NCBI GenBank assembly: GCA_963692865.2
Contig: OY843592.1
Location: 576,001-640,000, forward strand
Origin: a bacterium
GTDB taxonomy: Bacteria > UBA8248
DNA length: 64,000 nt
Reading direction: 5' to 3'
Of the stretch, positions 9,265-19,422 are shown one piece after another. The stretch's first letter is position 1. Each line of letters starts with the position of its first letter. The notes below the pieces were generated by a model. That model was not told the origin of the DNA. It worked only from the letters and a program-made list of their open reading frames with translations, and searched no databases. A program made the position numbers and the translations under genes.

Positions 9265-10881
9265 ATGCGCATCGTTCTCGCCGGTCACAACGTCGACGTC
9301 GACGTACTCCGCCAGATGAAAAAAGAAATTATCGAGCCAGCCGCCCGCGGCTGGGAGGAGAACCGCCTCGACGCCATGAGCGAGGCCGAACTGCGCGCGC
9401 AGGCGGCGGAGCTCCAGCGCAGGGCCGCCGATTTCCTCGAACGCGACAACCTGACGCCCGAGCCCATCAGCGCGTCCTACGCGCGCATCAGCCGCGACCC
9501 TCGGCCCATCGACGAGCTTCGCGCCACCGCGCGCGAAGAGGTGGAAAAGGCGAGAAAAAGCAACGAGACCATCATCTTCGGCTACGGGCACAGCTCCGTG
9601 GCCGAGCACGCGAGCTTCAACATCGACGTCATCGGCGTGAGCCGCTACGCGGTGGAGGAGATCCAGAAGTTCAGGCTCCTGGCCTATACGGAAAAAAGCC
9701 AGCGCTACATCCTGCTCGAAGACGACTTCGTGATTCCTGAGGAAATCGAAAACGCCGGTCTCAAGAATCTCTTCGTGCGGACGATAAAGGCCCAGAACGC
9801 CTGTTATCACGCCCTGTACGAGAAGCTCAGACCCTGGGTGTTCGACCGGAACTCGGAACTCGCCGCGAAGAAGAGAAACCACAAGACGCTGGAGGGCTGG
9901 GCCAAGGAGGACGCGCGCTACATCGTCTCTTTCGCCACCGAATCGCAAATCGGCATGACGCTCAGCGCGAGGAGCCTCGAGCACGTCATTTGCCGCTGCG
10001 CCTCGCATCCCCTCGCGGAAATCAGGGAATACGCGCGGCGTCTCTATGAATGCGTCGAGGGCGTGGCGCCCTCCCTCGTGAAATACACCGACCCCACCGA
10101 ATACAACGCCCACACCCGGGCGGCGCTGCGGGAAACGGCTTCGGATATCATCGGGAGAATGGAGGAGGAGACCGAGCCGGCTCCGCCCATCGCCGAGGAG
10201 AAAGACGTCGCCCTCATCGACGTCACCCCGGACGCGGACGCGCTCGTCGCCGCCGCGCTCCTCCATTCATCCTCAGGGAAAACGATGGCGCATTGTAAGG
10301 CGGCGGCCCGGGATATGGACCCGGAGGAGCGCGCGCGCTTCATCGCCTCCACCTTCCGGCTCATGCGCGGGCACGACGCCGTGCTCCGCGAGTTCGAGAA
10401 CGTGCGCTGCGTTTTCGAGGTGACGCTCTCCGCCGCGTGTTTCGGACAACTCAAGCGCCACCGCATGTCCACCCTGAACACCCAGCCCTACGACATCTCC
10501 CTGGGCGTTACCACCCCCTCGTCGATCGCCGAAGCGGGCGCTAATCTCGAGTTTCAGGCCGCCGTGGACGAGACCAACGCCGCGTACGAGAAGATCGCCG
10601 CGCAAGCGCCGCTGGCCGCCCCCTACGTGCTCACGAACGCGCACAAACGCCGCGTGCTGTTCGCAGCGAACGCGCGCGAACTCTACCACGTGTCGAGGCT
10701 CCGGGAAGACCCCCACGCCCAGTGGGACATCCGCGACAAGTCCACGCAGATGATAAGACTCGCGAAGAAGGTCATGCCGGCCACCATGCAACTGGCGGTG
10801 GGGAAACATCTCTTCGAGGAAACCCACGCGGCGCTCTTCCCGCAGGAAGTCGAGGAAGCCCAAAAAGAGACCGTCAAGTAG
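9265..10881 (+). CDS. thyX: FAD-dependent thymidylate synthase, tandem two-domain form
   Basis: YGHSSVAEH, TEKSQRY, KEDARY in domain 1; QLKRHRMS, NARELYH..LR..AQWDIR in domain 2. Confidence 0.9.
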   Translation: MRIVLAGHNVDVDVLRQMKKEIIEPAARGWEENRLDAMSEAELRAQAAELQRRAADFLERDNLTPEPISASYARISRDPRPIDELRATAREEVEKARKSNETIIFGYGHSSVAEHASFNIDVIGVSRYAVEEIQKFRLLAYTEKSQRYILLEDDFVIPEEIENAGLKNLFVRTIKAQNACYHALYEKLRPWVFDRNSELAAKKRNHKTLEGWAKEDARYIVSFATESQIGMTLSARSLEHVICRCASHPLAEIREYARRLYECVEGVAPSLVKYTDPTEYNAHTRAALRETASDIIGRMEEETEPAPPIAEEKDVALIDVTPDADALVAAALLHSSSGKTMAHCKAAARDMDPEERARFIASTFRLMRGHDAVLREFENVRCVFEVTLSAACFGQLKRHRMSTLNTQPYDISLGVTTPSSIAEAGANLEFQAAVDETNAAYEKIAAQAPLAAPYVLTNAHKRRVLFAANARELYHVSRLREDPHAQWDIRDKSTQMIRLAKKVMPATMQLAVGKHLFEETHAALFPQEVEEAQKETVK

Positions 10882-13276
10882 CGGTTCCACCACCCGCCTT
10901 CTGCCGGAACAGGACGGCGACTCCCGCCGCCAGTCCCAGGACGTGCAGCCAGGGGGGTCCCAGGAACAGAAGCAGGGACGCGCCAATCATCACCGTGCGC
11001 AGGGCGCCCCCCATGGGCGCCCTGCCGAATCCCATCGTCGCCATCGATAGAAGCGCGATGCCTGCGCAACTGACGGCCAGGCGGTAGGCCACCGTCCAGA
11101 ACGTCCCTTCGAGCAAAAGGAGTTCGGGGTAGTAGACGAACAAGTAGGGCACGATGAAGGCGGTGACCGCCAGCCTGCAGGCGGTGAAGCCCGTCTGCAT
11201 CGGGTTCGCGCCCGATATGCCCGACGCGCCGTAGGCGGCGAGCGCCACCGGCGGCGTGATGGAACTGATGACCCCGAAGTAGAAGATGAAGAAATGCGCG
11301 GCCACCAGCGGCGCGCCGAGACTCGTGACCGAGGGCGCCACCACGATGACCAGAAGCAGATAGGCGGCGATGGTCGGCAGCCCCATGCCCATGACGAGCG
11401 AGGCGATCATCACCAGGAAAAACGCGAGGAACAGGGACGTGGCCGCCATCTCCGTCACCAGGATCGATATGCGCACGCCGACCGCGGCGAGCACCAAAAG
11501 GCCGACGATGAGGCCGATGGCGGACGTGGCCGCGACCAGGCCAAGCGAGTTTTTCGCCCCTGCCTCCAGGCTCCTCCAGACGGCGCCGCCCAGATCGCGC
11601 GCGCTCGCCTTCGCCTCGGGCGTCTCACCCGCCCTGAACACCGGCAGAGTGATCAGATAGACCACCATGCAACACAACGCGATGGGCAGCAGAATCCCGA
11701 CAAAGGGAATCTGCCCGACCCACGCGAGTTCGGTGGGGATCTTCCAGCGCGCCAGACCCAGCGCGACGGGAAAGACGATGGGAAGCCCCCGCCACCCCGG
11801 AACCGCAGCAAAACATAACCCGAGCAAAACCAACGCCAGCCTGTGAAGTTGAACCTCACCCCAGAGAGGCAGGTTGATTTTCTGAGAAACCAAGCCGGGC
11901 GCGTCCACCGGCCCAAAAGCGAAGAAGATAGCCGCCAGGATCAGTGCGCCCGTCAGACAGACCCCCGGATTCCCCCAGCTTGCCCGGATGAACCTCAGCG
12001 AGCGCACCATATCCACCATCACGAGAAGCGAGACAACCGCCTTGTACCCCGCAAGGCCCGGCGTCTCGCCGCTCACGATGCTGGCCAGCAGGATCAAAAC
12101 GGGAATCAGCAGGTAGCCCCCCTGTCTCACCTGCTCGCGCGCGTCTGGTATTTCCGATTTGTCCATTCGTTCCAGCCCGAGCCTGCGCGCTTCGAAATAG
12201 ATCGACGTGGAAAGACTGAAGTAATACAGAAAGGCCGGAATCAGCCCGTAGAGCATCAAATAGACGTAAGGCACCTCGATGATCTCGGACATGATGAAGA
12301 CGCTCGCGCCCATGATGGGCGGCACGATTTGCCCGCCGCACGAGGCCACGGCCTCCACCGCCCCCGCGAACAGGCGCGAGAACCCGGTGCGGATCATCAG
12401 CGGTATCGTAAACGTGCCAGTACTCACCACGTTGGCCATGGTCGAGCCCGAAACCATGCCGAACATCGAACTGGCGACGACGGCCGCCTGGGCGGGTCCG
12501 CCCCGGAAACGCCCCGTGAGCGCGAAGGCGAGGTTGATGAGTATCTGCCCGGTGCCCGTCGCCTCCAGAAGGGCGGAGAACAGAATGAAGATAAAGATGA
12601 ACTCGCTCATGATGGCCGAGATGGTTCCGAACGTGCCTTCTGAGGTGAGCCACAGGTAGGCGGCGAGGCGGCTGTGCTCCTCGCCCTTGAATGGATATAG
12701 GCCCGAGTCCAGAAAGCCGCGCCCCGGCCAGAGGAAGAACAAGAGGGCGAGCGCGGCGAAGCCCAGCGCAATCTTGATTCCGGCGTATCGCTTGAGCGCG
12801 ACGAATACGAGAAGGCAGGAGAAGATGATGAGCGTCACGTCGCCCAGATAGGAGTAGACCACGATGCAAAGCGTCACCACGAACAGGGGAATGCCCACCG
12901 CGCGGCGCACCATCTCGAGCAGCATGACGGGTCCCAGCCCCGCGACGATGAGGTCGAGCGTCGTCTCGGCTCCGCTTCTGTCCGCCAGGGCTTCTTCCTC
13001 GACCACGAGGTAGATGCAGGCGTAGAGCGCGAGGCCGATGAAAAGCGCGTCCCACCCGACCGCGAACGCGCGGGCGGGCGGAGCCATCTTCTCGCGCTTG
13101 CGCCAGTCCAGCATGGGCCTCGTGAGAAATACCAGCACGCTCGCGAAGGTGAGCATGGTCGCGCGCTGTGCGAAGGGCGAGAGAATCCCGAAGCCGACGG
13201 TGTAGAGTTCGAACAGGGAAAAACCCAGCGCGAGCACCGTTACGATCTTGGCGTTGAGCCTGCGGTAGGCGTTCAA
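10874..13276 (-). CDS. TRAP transporter fused 4TM/12TM permease
   Basis: GRFRGGPAQAAVVAS, EAVASCGGQIVPPIMG, GMGLPT, ITPPVALAAY. Confidence 0.93.
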   Translation of the reverse strand: MNAYRRLNAKIVTVLALGFSLFELYTVGFGILSPFAQRATMLTFASVLVFLTRPMLDWRKREKMAPPARAFAVGWDALFIGLALYACIYLVVEEEALADRSGAETTLDLIVAGLGPVMLLEMVRRAVGIPLFVVTLCIVVYSYLGDVTLIIFSCLLVFVALKRYAGIKIALGFAALALLFFLWPGRGFLDSGLYPFKGEEHSRLAAYLWLTSEGTFGTISAIMSEFIFIFILFSALLEATGTGQILINLAFALTGRFRGGPAQAAVVASSMFGMVSGSTMANVVSTGTFTIPLMIRTGFSRLFAGAVEAVASCGGQIVPPIMGASVFIMSEIIEVPYVYLMLYGLIPAFLYYFSLSTSIYFEARRLGLERMDKSEIPDAREQVRQGGYLLIPVLILLASIVSGETPGLAGYKAVVSLLVMVDMVRSLRFIRASWGNPGVCLTGALILAAIFFAFGPVDAPGLVSQKINLPLWGEVQLHRLALVLLGLCFAAVPGWRGLPIVFPVALGLARWKIPTELAWVGQIPFVGILLPIALCCMVVYLITLPVFRAGETPEAKASARDLGGAVWRSLEAGAKNSLGLVAATSAIGLIVGLLVLAAVGVRISILVTEMAATSLFLAFFLVMIASLVMGMGLPTIAAYLLLVIVVAPSVTSLGAPLVAAHFFIFYFGVISSITPPVALAAYGASGISGANPMQTGFTACRLAVTAFIVPYLFVYYPELLLLEGTFWTVAYRLAVSCAGIALLSMATMGFGRAPMGGALRTVMIGASLLLFLGPPWLHVLGLAAGVAVLFRQKAGGGTAT

Positions 13277-13304
13277 GGCGACTGACCCCTCGGAACGAAC
13301 AAAG

Positions 13305-13341
13305 ACCCCCCTCCGTGGATTTTCACTTCCGCGAAGGGGGG
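13305..13341. terminator. Stem-loop between TAXI receptor and permease genes (mRNA-stabilising or attenuating)
   Basis: CCCCCCTCCGTGGA-loop-TCCGCGAAGGGGGG imperfect inverted repeat. Confidence 0.45.
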
Positions 13342-13375
13342 AGATTCCTTGATTTTCAAAACCGGCGGGGATGCC

Positions 13376-14344
13376 CTAGCAGCCCTTGGCGCCCACCTCC
13401 TTGTAGTAGCGCTTGGCGCCGTCATGCAGCGGGAAGGAAAGACCCTCACACGCCCCTTCGAGCGTGACGTTCTTCGCCGCCTTGGCCGTGCCGTAGAATT
13501 CCTTGAGGTTGCCGAACAGGGTTTTCGTCACCTTATATACAACGTCGGCGCTCACGTGGGTGCTGGTGGAGAACCCGAAGTTGATGAAGATGGTGCGCAC
13601 CGGCTTTTTGTTCACTTGGTTCTTGCCGTAGGCGCCCGGCGCGATGGTGGTCGCCGTGAGGCCTGGTCCGTAAGTGTCGACCACGTGTTTCACGGCCGCC
13701 TCGTCCATGTCCACCAGGCGGATCTTCTTGAGCGCCGCCAATTCCTGCACCAGTCCCATCGGCGCCATGCCCATCGTGAGGTGGGCGGCGACGTTGCCGT
13801 TTCGCAACTGGCCGAACCCGCCCCGGAAGCCGGGGGTGGTTTCCTTGTAGTCGCCCTTCTTGAGGCCGTGGGCGGGCAGGAAGTAGCGCGCATACGTCTG
13901 GGTGGTGCTGGCGGCGGAACCCACCGAGACCTTCTTGCCCTTCACGTCCTTTAAGTTCATAACGCCCGAATCGGCCAGTGCCAGCCACTGAAACTGCCCG
14001 AAGGGATACGCCAGAACGGCGCGCAGGTTCTTCTTGGGGCCTTCTTTCTTGAAGCGCCGCTCGCCCTTGTAGGCCCATGCGCCCACCGGGCCGCCGAGAC
14101 CCCACGCGAACTGCGCCTGGCCCTTGGCGATGATGCGCGCCTGCGCCACCATGCCCTTGGCCGATTGCGGCGTAGCGTTGATGCCCGCCTTCGACTTGAG
14201 AATCTTGCTCAGCCCGACGGCGAACTGATAGGGCTGACCCTTGAGTCCGCCGCCCAGAATAGTGACCGACTGCGCAAATGCGGCGGCGGCGAAAAAGAAT
14301 ACGGCCGAAACCGCGACTGCGATGCTGAAGCATGTGCGTTTCAT
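13376..14344 (-). CDS. TAXI family TRAP solute-binding protein
   Basis: Signal peptide, DVKGKKVSVG, C-terminal PLHDGAKRYYKE; adjacent to the fused permease. Confidence 0.92.
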   Translation of the reverse strand: MKRTCFSIAVAVSAVFFFAAAAFAQSVTILGGGLKGQPYQFAVGLSKILKSKAGINATPQSAKGMVAQARIIAKGQAQFAWGLGGPVGAWAYKGERRFKKEGPKKNLRAVLAYPFGQFQWLALADSGVMNLKDVKGKKVSVGSAASTTQTYARYFLPAHGLKKGDYKETTPGFRGGFGQLRNGNVAAHLTMGMAPMGLVQELAALKKIRLVDMDEAAVKHVVDTYGPGLTATTIAPGAYGKNQVNKKPVRTIFINFGFSTSTHVSADVVYKVTKTLFGNLKEFYGTAKAAKNVTLEGACEGLSFPLHDGAKRYYKEVGAKGC

Positions 14345-14592
14345 CGAATGACCTCCTTGGGAATAAAGAAAAAGACAACCCCTTTCCTCTGCCGGGAGAA
14401 AAACGGTTGGACGAAAAACAAGTCTCTAAAAATCAATTTCACGCGGTGATGAAAAAATATAGCACAAAATCCATAGTACCCAAAAAATACGAATTTCAGG
14501 TAGAACCTGGGTGGACATCACATAAAAAAGAGAATGCCGGCGAGGTTGTCCGCCTTGTTTTTCCGTGAGAAAATCCCGTCTCAAACTCAAAA

Positions 14593-14621
14593 TTGACGCA
14601 GACCGTCAAACGCCTTAGAGT
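14593..14621 (+). promoter_or_regulatory. Candidate sigma-70 promoter with an overlapping palindrome
   Basis: TTGACG-N17-TAGAGT; TTGACG-N5-CGTCAA covers the -35 box. Confidence 0.45.
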
Positions 14622-14678
14622 GGGCGCATCATTTCGCCGCACGAGCCGCCGGGGACACTTTTCGCACGAGGGCTCGCC

Positions 14679-15194
14679 ATGACGACTTTCTTTCAAACGC
14701 TCATCCGCCCCGACCGGGAGGAAAGCGCCCAGCGCGCCGAAGTCGCCAAGGCGGCGAACCTGCTGCAGGTGGGCGAATTCCAGTTCCTCCAGCTCGCCTA
14801 CAGCGAATGGCACGGGAAGGAGATGTCCGAAGAACTCATCAACAGCATGTTCATGTCCTATATGCTCTACGATCAGGTGCCCTACTGGGCGCGCCACCAC
14901 GCTCACCAGATACTGGAACTGGACAGGCGCGGCGAGTTGAACGACAGGGATCCCGCCTACCACAGATACGACAAGGATTACGGGAAGATAAGACCCAGAG
15001 ACGTCAAGCGCTTCATCGTGACCGCCACCCTCATGGTGTCGATCATGACCGGCATCGTCTGGCTGAGTCACCTCGTCGCCGGTGAGAGCACGTCTTTCCT
15101 GCCGCCCTACTTCGAGAAAAAAGAAATGAAGGCCATGTCGAAGGAGCGCAATATCCAGGATACGTCCCTGGCGCCGGGGCGCTACAATAGATAG
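14679..15194 (+). CDS. Hypothetical protein with one C-terminal TM helix
   Basis: 171 aa, typical codon bias, GAGG RBS, hydrophobic stretch FIVTATLMVSIMTGIVWL. Confidence 0.75.
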   Translation: MTTFFQTLIRPDREESAQRAEVAKAANLLQVGEFQFLQLAYSEWHGKEMSEELINSMFMSYMLYDQVPYWARHHAHQILELDRRGELNDRDPAYHRYDKDYGKIRPRDVKRFIVTATLMVSIMTGIVWLSHLVAGESTSFLPPYFEKKEMKAMSKERNIQDTSLAPGRYNR

Positions 15195-15225
15195 CGTGGA
15201 TTAAACTTCCAAGCCGAGGTTGGTC

Positions 15226-15426
15226 ATGTTCGATTTCGCAGGCGAGCATCAGAATGCGGTAAACTTCATCTTCTTGTTCGTCACGGGCTTCATCGCCATC
15301 AAGGCCATCCGCACGAAAAATCCCGACGGCGGGGCGGATTTCGTGCACCTTCTCTTCGGCTGCATCGCTGCGGTATTCTTCTTTCTGGTCCTGTTCCAGG
15401 ACGTGCTCGGCATCGTGCGTTTTTAG
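15226..15426 (+). CDS. Small two-TM membrane protein
   Basis: 66 aa, two hydrophobic segments, GAGGT RBS. Confidence 0.7.
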   Translation: MFDFAGEHQNAVNFIFLFVTGFIAIKAIRTKNPDGGADFVHLLFGCIAAVFFFLVLFQDVLGIVRF

Positions 15427-15471
15427 AGCGTCACGCCCGCTGAATCGCCAAATCGTTTCCGCATAGACTTC

Positions 15472-16125
15472 TCAGGGTTTGTGCATGCGCTGCGCCGCGT
15501 CGATCTCCTGCACGCGCAACAGGCGTTTTTCCGGCGGGAGGGCGAGTTGCTCTTTCAGGTATATCGCGCGCTTGCGCACCGTGGACGGGTTCGGCGTGCC
15601 ATAAATCACCTTGTCGATGATTCCGGGCCCGTCCAGCACCCCCTGGTCGGTCCTGAGCGCCTCGATGTAATCGGCGAGCGCCTCCTTGTAGCGGCCCCGC
15701 CTGTCGTGGACGATGCCCCGGTTGGCATAGGCCGCCGCCATGAGGCCGACGCCCGTCGGGTCGTCGGATTCGAGATTTTTCCTGAGATAGTCGATGAGAT
15801 AGGTAAGTTCGGACGAGGCCTCCTCGTATTGCTCCGTCCGGATGAACACCAGCGCGCGGCCCATCAGCGCGCCCCGGTGGTCGGGCCGCTCGCGCAGCGC
15901 CCGGTTGAAGCTCGCCAAAGCTTCATCGAAATTCCCCTCGCTCAGCCGGATGTCGCCCTCGCGGGTGGCGTAATCCCCCGGCGCTTCCTTGGCGTACATC
16001 TCCCACAGCGCCCACGCGGAGAACATGACGAAGATGAGGATCGCCATGTTCTTGATGAAGCGCTTGAGCACGCGCGAACGAGGATCGCCTTGTTCTTGAT
16101 GAAGCTCCTGGTTCATCAGGGTCAC
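15472..16125 (-). CDS. Membrane-anchored TPR protein
   Basis: N-terminal TM; FDEALASFNRAL, AAYANRGIV, YKEALADYIEAL repeats. Confidence 0.85.
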   Translation of the reverse strand: MTLMNQELHQEQGDPRSRVLKRFIKNMAILIFVMFSAWALWEMYAKEAPGDYATREGDIRLSEGNFDEALASFNRALRERPDHRGALMGRALVFIRTEQYEEASSELTYLIDYLRKNLESDDPTGVGLMAAAYANRGIVHDRRGRYKEALADYIEALRTDQGVLDGPGIIDKVIYGTPNPSTVRKRAIYLKEQLALPPEKRLLRVQEIDAAQRMHKP

Positions 16126-16355
16126 CGGAAAAGGTGGTTCATATAGAAATAGGAGAACACGAAGCAGAGCAGCAACGCCGTAATTCCGGCGCGCTTTCTA
16201 AGAGCGAGGCGTTCCTCGTCCGAGGTTTCGGAACCATCTCTCTCCGCGCGCCTGACGTACAGCACCCAGATGAGTTGGCGCACCGGAAGGAACAGCGCGC
16301 CTGCCAGCGCGAGAACCCATAGCAGCATGTATTTTGCGGTGAACAAATCAGCCAT
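16122..16355 (-). CDS. Small two-TM membrane protein
   Basis: 77 aa, two TM segments, GTGA overlap with the TPR gene. Confidence 0.75.
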   Translation of the reverse strand: MADLFTAKYMLLWVLALAGALFLPVRQLIWVLYVRRAERDGSETSDEERLALRKRAGITALLLCFVFSYFYMNHLFR

Positions 16356-16391
16356 CGGGTCGTTCAGCCATCAGGGCGGCGAAAAACAGCG

Positions 16392-16420
16392 CGGGGGAGG
16401 GACTCACACCCCTCCCCCGC
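16392..16420. terminator. Stem-loop downstream of the SSS gene
   Basis: GCGGGGGAGGG-N7-CCCTCCCCCGC, followed on the minus strand by GCTGTTTTT. Confidence 0.55.
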
Positions 16421-16450
16421 ATGGCGAAACCTAAATCATCGTGGTCTCGT

Positions 16451-18424
16451 CTAGGACGACCCCGCCTGCTGCGGAGCCACGTCGCCGATGTCCTCCACGA
16501 GCGCCTCGATCTCCGTCTCTGGCACCGTGGACATCTCCATCTTGTAAGCGAGCAGCCACATCATGCCGACGCCAAGGGCCCAGAAAAGAATCTGCCAGGC
16601 CCAAATGGAGGGTATGCCGAAAGTCCATCCTGCATAACCCGCGTTCGGGGCGCCGAAAATCCAGTTGCCGATAACGGCGCCCGGACCGATGCCGAAGAAC
16701 ATCCAGGCCAGCGTAACGCCCCACGCCATGGGGACGAGGCCCTGTTTCTCCGGCGAGAGCGAAGCGTGCTCCGCCAGGAAGTCGTGGTACTTCTGCCGGT
16801 GAGCCGACGATGCCGCATCCTGCGTTTGCGCGGAGACGATCCAGCAGATCGCCACGTTGAAGATGATGCCCCAGCCGGCGGAGTGGATCGTCCACGGCCA
16901 GCGGCCCCAGATGTCGATGCCGATTCCCTTGAGAATGGTGAGGCCGAAGTTCTCCGTGAAGATGACGGCCAGCAGACCCGCCGCCAGACCCCACGTGGCG
17001 CCTTGCCTCGTAATCTTCGGCATCCAGCACACCGCCGCCAGCGCCGGCCACATCTGGAAGCCGAAGGCGACGGCGAGTCCTCCAAGCAACACGAGCGCGT
17101 CTCTCGAGAACGTCGCCACAAGGAGCGCAGAGACCACGATGATCAGAACGCCTATCCGGCCCGCCACCTTCTGGGTTTCATGCGAGGCGCCGGGGTTCAG
17201 ATACCTCTTGTAGAGGTCGCGGGTAAGCATGCCGCCCGCCGTGGACATGTACGCCGCGCCCGTAGACTGCATGGCGGCCAGTGCGCAGACGGCCAGAAGT
17301 CCGACCAGCCACGGCGCCGCATCCGCAATGTAGTTGAAATAGTACGGCACCAGAGAGTCGGGCTTCTTCGCAATGGACGCGGCTAGCACGTCCGAGATCG
17401 CAAGTCCCGCTTTGGTCACCGCCGGGTTCGCGCCGAGCAGGTGCGCGCCCATACCCTGGGACGCGGTGAAGAAGAACAGGATGAACCCGATGCCCGCCGA
17501 AGACGCCCAGACCTGCTGGGGCGCGAAGGGGCGCGGGTTGTTGTTCGAGAACGCCCACATGGAAAACGCCGGGGAAGACTGAATCCCCATGAGCGCGAAC
17601 ATGTAGGTCAGGCACATGATGCCCGTCCACAAACCTCCCACGGGCGTCTGCTTGCCCAGGCCGGCCGTGAACTGGATGACGCCCGGAATGGCGAAATAGG
17701 CGTTGTAGTCGCCGCCGCCGTACCCTTTCGTCGTCCCCCACTTGCCCACCGGGGAAGCGGCCAGCTTGGCGAGGCCCTCGTTCAGCGCACCCCATCCGCC
17801 GGCGATGCTCAGCGCGATGAAGCCCGTGATGACGATGCCCAGCGCAAGCAGAATGCACTGGAGCGTATCCACGTAGGCAACGGCGCGCAGACCCCCGGCT
17901 GCCACATAGATGAGCACGACTGCGGAGAGCAGCCACATGCCCACGTTGATGCTGAAAGCTCCATCGGTCAGCACGTTGAACAAGAAGCCCGAAGCCCCGA
18001 GCTGAACGCCGAGGTAGGGAATCGAGAACAACATGGCCACGATCACCGTGAGGATGCGGATGGCGTCGCCCTGGAAATAGTCGGCGAACATTTCACCGGG
18101 CGTGACATATCCGTAGCGTTTGCCCAGCATCCACTGGCGCTTCAGGAATATCACCCCGGTAAAGGGGATGGTGATGGTGTAGAACGAAGCGTAGGCGTAC
18201 TGGAACCCGTCTCGATAGATGAGTCCCGGGTGTCCCATGAACGTCCACCCCGAAAACGACGTCGCCGTCGCCGCCAGGACGAACACCCACATCGATAGCT
18301 GGCGACCCGCGATAAAGTAGTCGCCGGCCGTTCTCGCCATCCTCGCGCACTTGATGCCCCAGAAAATACAGTAGGCCCAGTAGAGCACGACGAAGGCGAA
18401 CAGCCAGAAAATCTTGGCATTCAT
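16451..18424 (-). CDS. Sodium:solute symporter family protein
   Basis: DYFIAGRQL, ATSFSGWTFMGHPG, GGLRAVAYVDTLQ, ALAAMQST; AAAGGAGG RBS. Confidence 0.92.
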   Translation of the reverse strand: MNAKIFWLFAFVVLYWAYCIFWGIKCARMARTAGDYFIAGRQLSMWVFVLAATATSFSGWTFMGHPGLIYRDGFQYAYASFYTITIPFTGVIFLKRQWMLGKRYGYVTPGEMFADYFQGDAIRILTVIVAMLFSIPYLGVQLGASGFLFNVLTDGAFSINVGMWLLSAVVLIYVAAGGLRAVAYVDTLQCILLALGIVITGFIALSIAGGWGALNEGLAKLAASPVGKWGTTKGYGGGDYNAYFAIPGVIQFTAGLGKQTPVGGLWTGIMCLTYMFALMGIQSSPAFSMWAFSNNNPRPFAPQQVWASSAGIGFILFFFTASQGMGAHLLGANPAVTKAGLAISDVLAASIAKKPDSLVPYYFNYIADAAPWLVGLLAVCALAAMQSTGAAYMSTAGGMLTRDLYKRYLNPGASHETQKVAGRIGVLIIVVSALLVATFSRDALVLLGGLAVAFGFQMWPALAAVCWMPKITRQGATWGLAAGLLAVIFTENFGLTILKGIGIDIWGRWPWTIHSAGWGIIFNVAICWIVSAQTQDAASSAHRQKYHDFLAEHASLSPEKQGLVPMAWGVTLAWMFFGIGPGAVIGNWIFGAPNAGYAGWTFGIPSIWAWQILFWALGVGMMWLLAYKMEMSTVPETEIEALVEDIGDVAPQQAGSS

Positions 18425-18930
18425 ACAAGCGCCTCCTTTTAATAGGAACCAACCCAATTATGCCGCACATTCTTAACGCGGGAGGCAGGCTTCACGTCCC
18501 GCGCCGCAAACTGAGAATCCTCCTATAAAGATTCCTCCCTCTTGATGAAAACACCGAACATCCACAGGGCGAAATTTTTATTGGCGCAAATATAAATGCG
18601 TATTCAAATATGTCCCGTATTGTAACCTTTTCGTAACAAAATGCAAAACGCAAAAAAACGGGGCGTTTCTGCGGAACCCTCCATATAGCGTTATTTCCAG
18701 CAAAAACAATCCTCTCGCGAGGAGGTGGCCGGTGGAAGATTTCCCGGGGAGCGGTTTCCGTTTCCCGGGTGGATTTGGCGAAAATCCTTGCATGGGGGCG
18801 AGGGCAATACGCGGAACAAGGAGGTTCACGCAGAAGAACACGAAAGATTATGGGTATTATAGAGGCGTTCCGCCATGAGAGGCAAAGGGGGTAGAGGATT
18901 CCACAGGTAGAAAGGGAATACCCAAAATCC

Positions 18931-18957
18931 AAAAAGCCGGGGCCTTACGGCCCCGGC
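18931..18957 (-). terminator. Intrinsic terminator after tRNA-Arg
   Basis: Minus strand GCCGGGGCC-GTAA-GGCCCCGGC-TTTTT. Confidence 0.85.
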
Positions 18958-18970
18958 CTCTCGTGTCCGG

Positions 18971-19047
<77 letters not shown>

Positions 19048-19113
19048 GCTATTTCTTTATAGCCCTTAAAGTCCGTATCTTGCAAACAAAACGGGGAAAC
19101 CTCTCCCGCCTTT

Positions 19114-19393
19114 GGGGTTGTTGAAAAACCCCTGCTCGCTCGGTCGATTCCTCCTTCACCGGGGTTGTTGAAAAAGTCCGATGCGGCGCAATCCCCTCCT
19201 CGCCCTGCGCAGCCCGCCGCTCCGCCTCACCCTGAGTAGCGGCGAAGCCGCGTATCGAAGGGCGAAATTCGCGTCCCGCTGGTCAGATGCGTTCCCCCAT
19301 CCTTCGATACGGCGCTTACGCGCCTGCTCAGGATGAGGAAAGAGGCGTCGGCGGGTTGCGGGGATCGAAGACGAGGGTTTTTCAACAGCCCCC
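19114..19393. mobile_element. MITE-like island C (two left ends, one right end) with a CCTGAGTAGC..TCGAAGG REP doublet
   Basis: GGGGTTGTTGAAAAA at ~19114 and ~19160; TTTTTCAACAGCCCC at ~19378; internal part similar to ~52005-52160. Confidence 0.75.
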
Positions 19394-19422
19394 TTTAATA
19401 CAAATAATTTTCCCGCGCGCGC

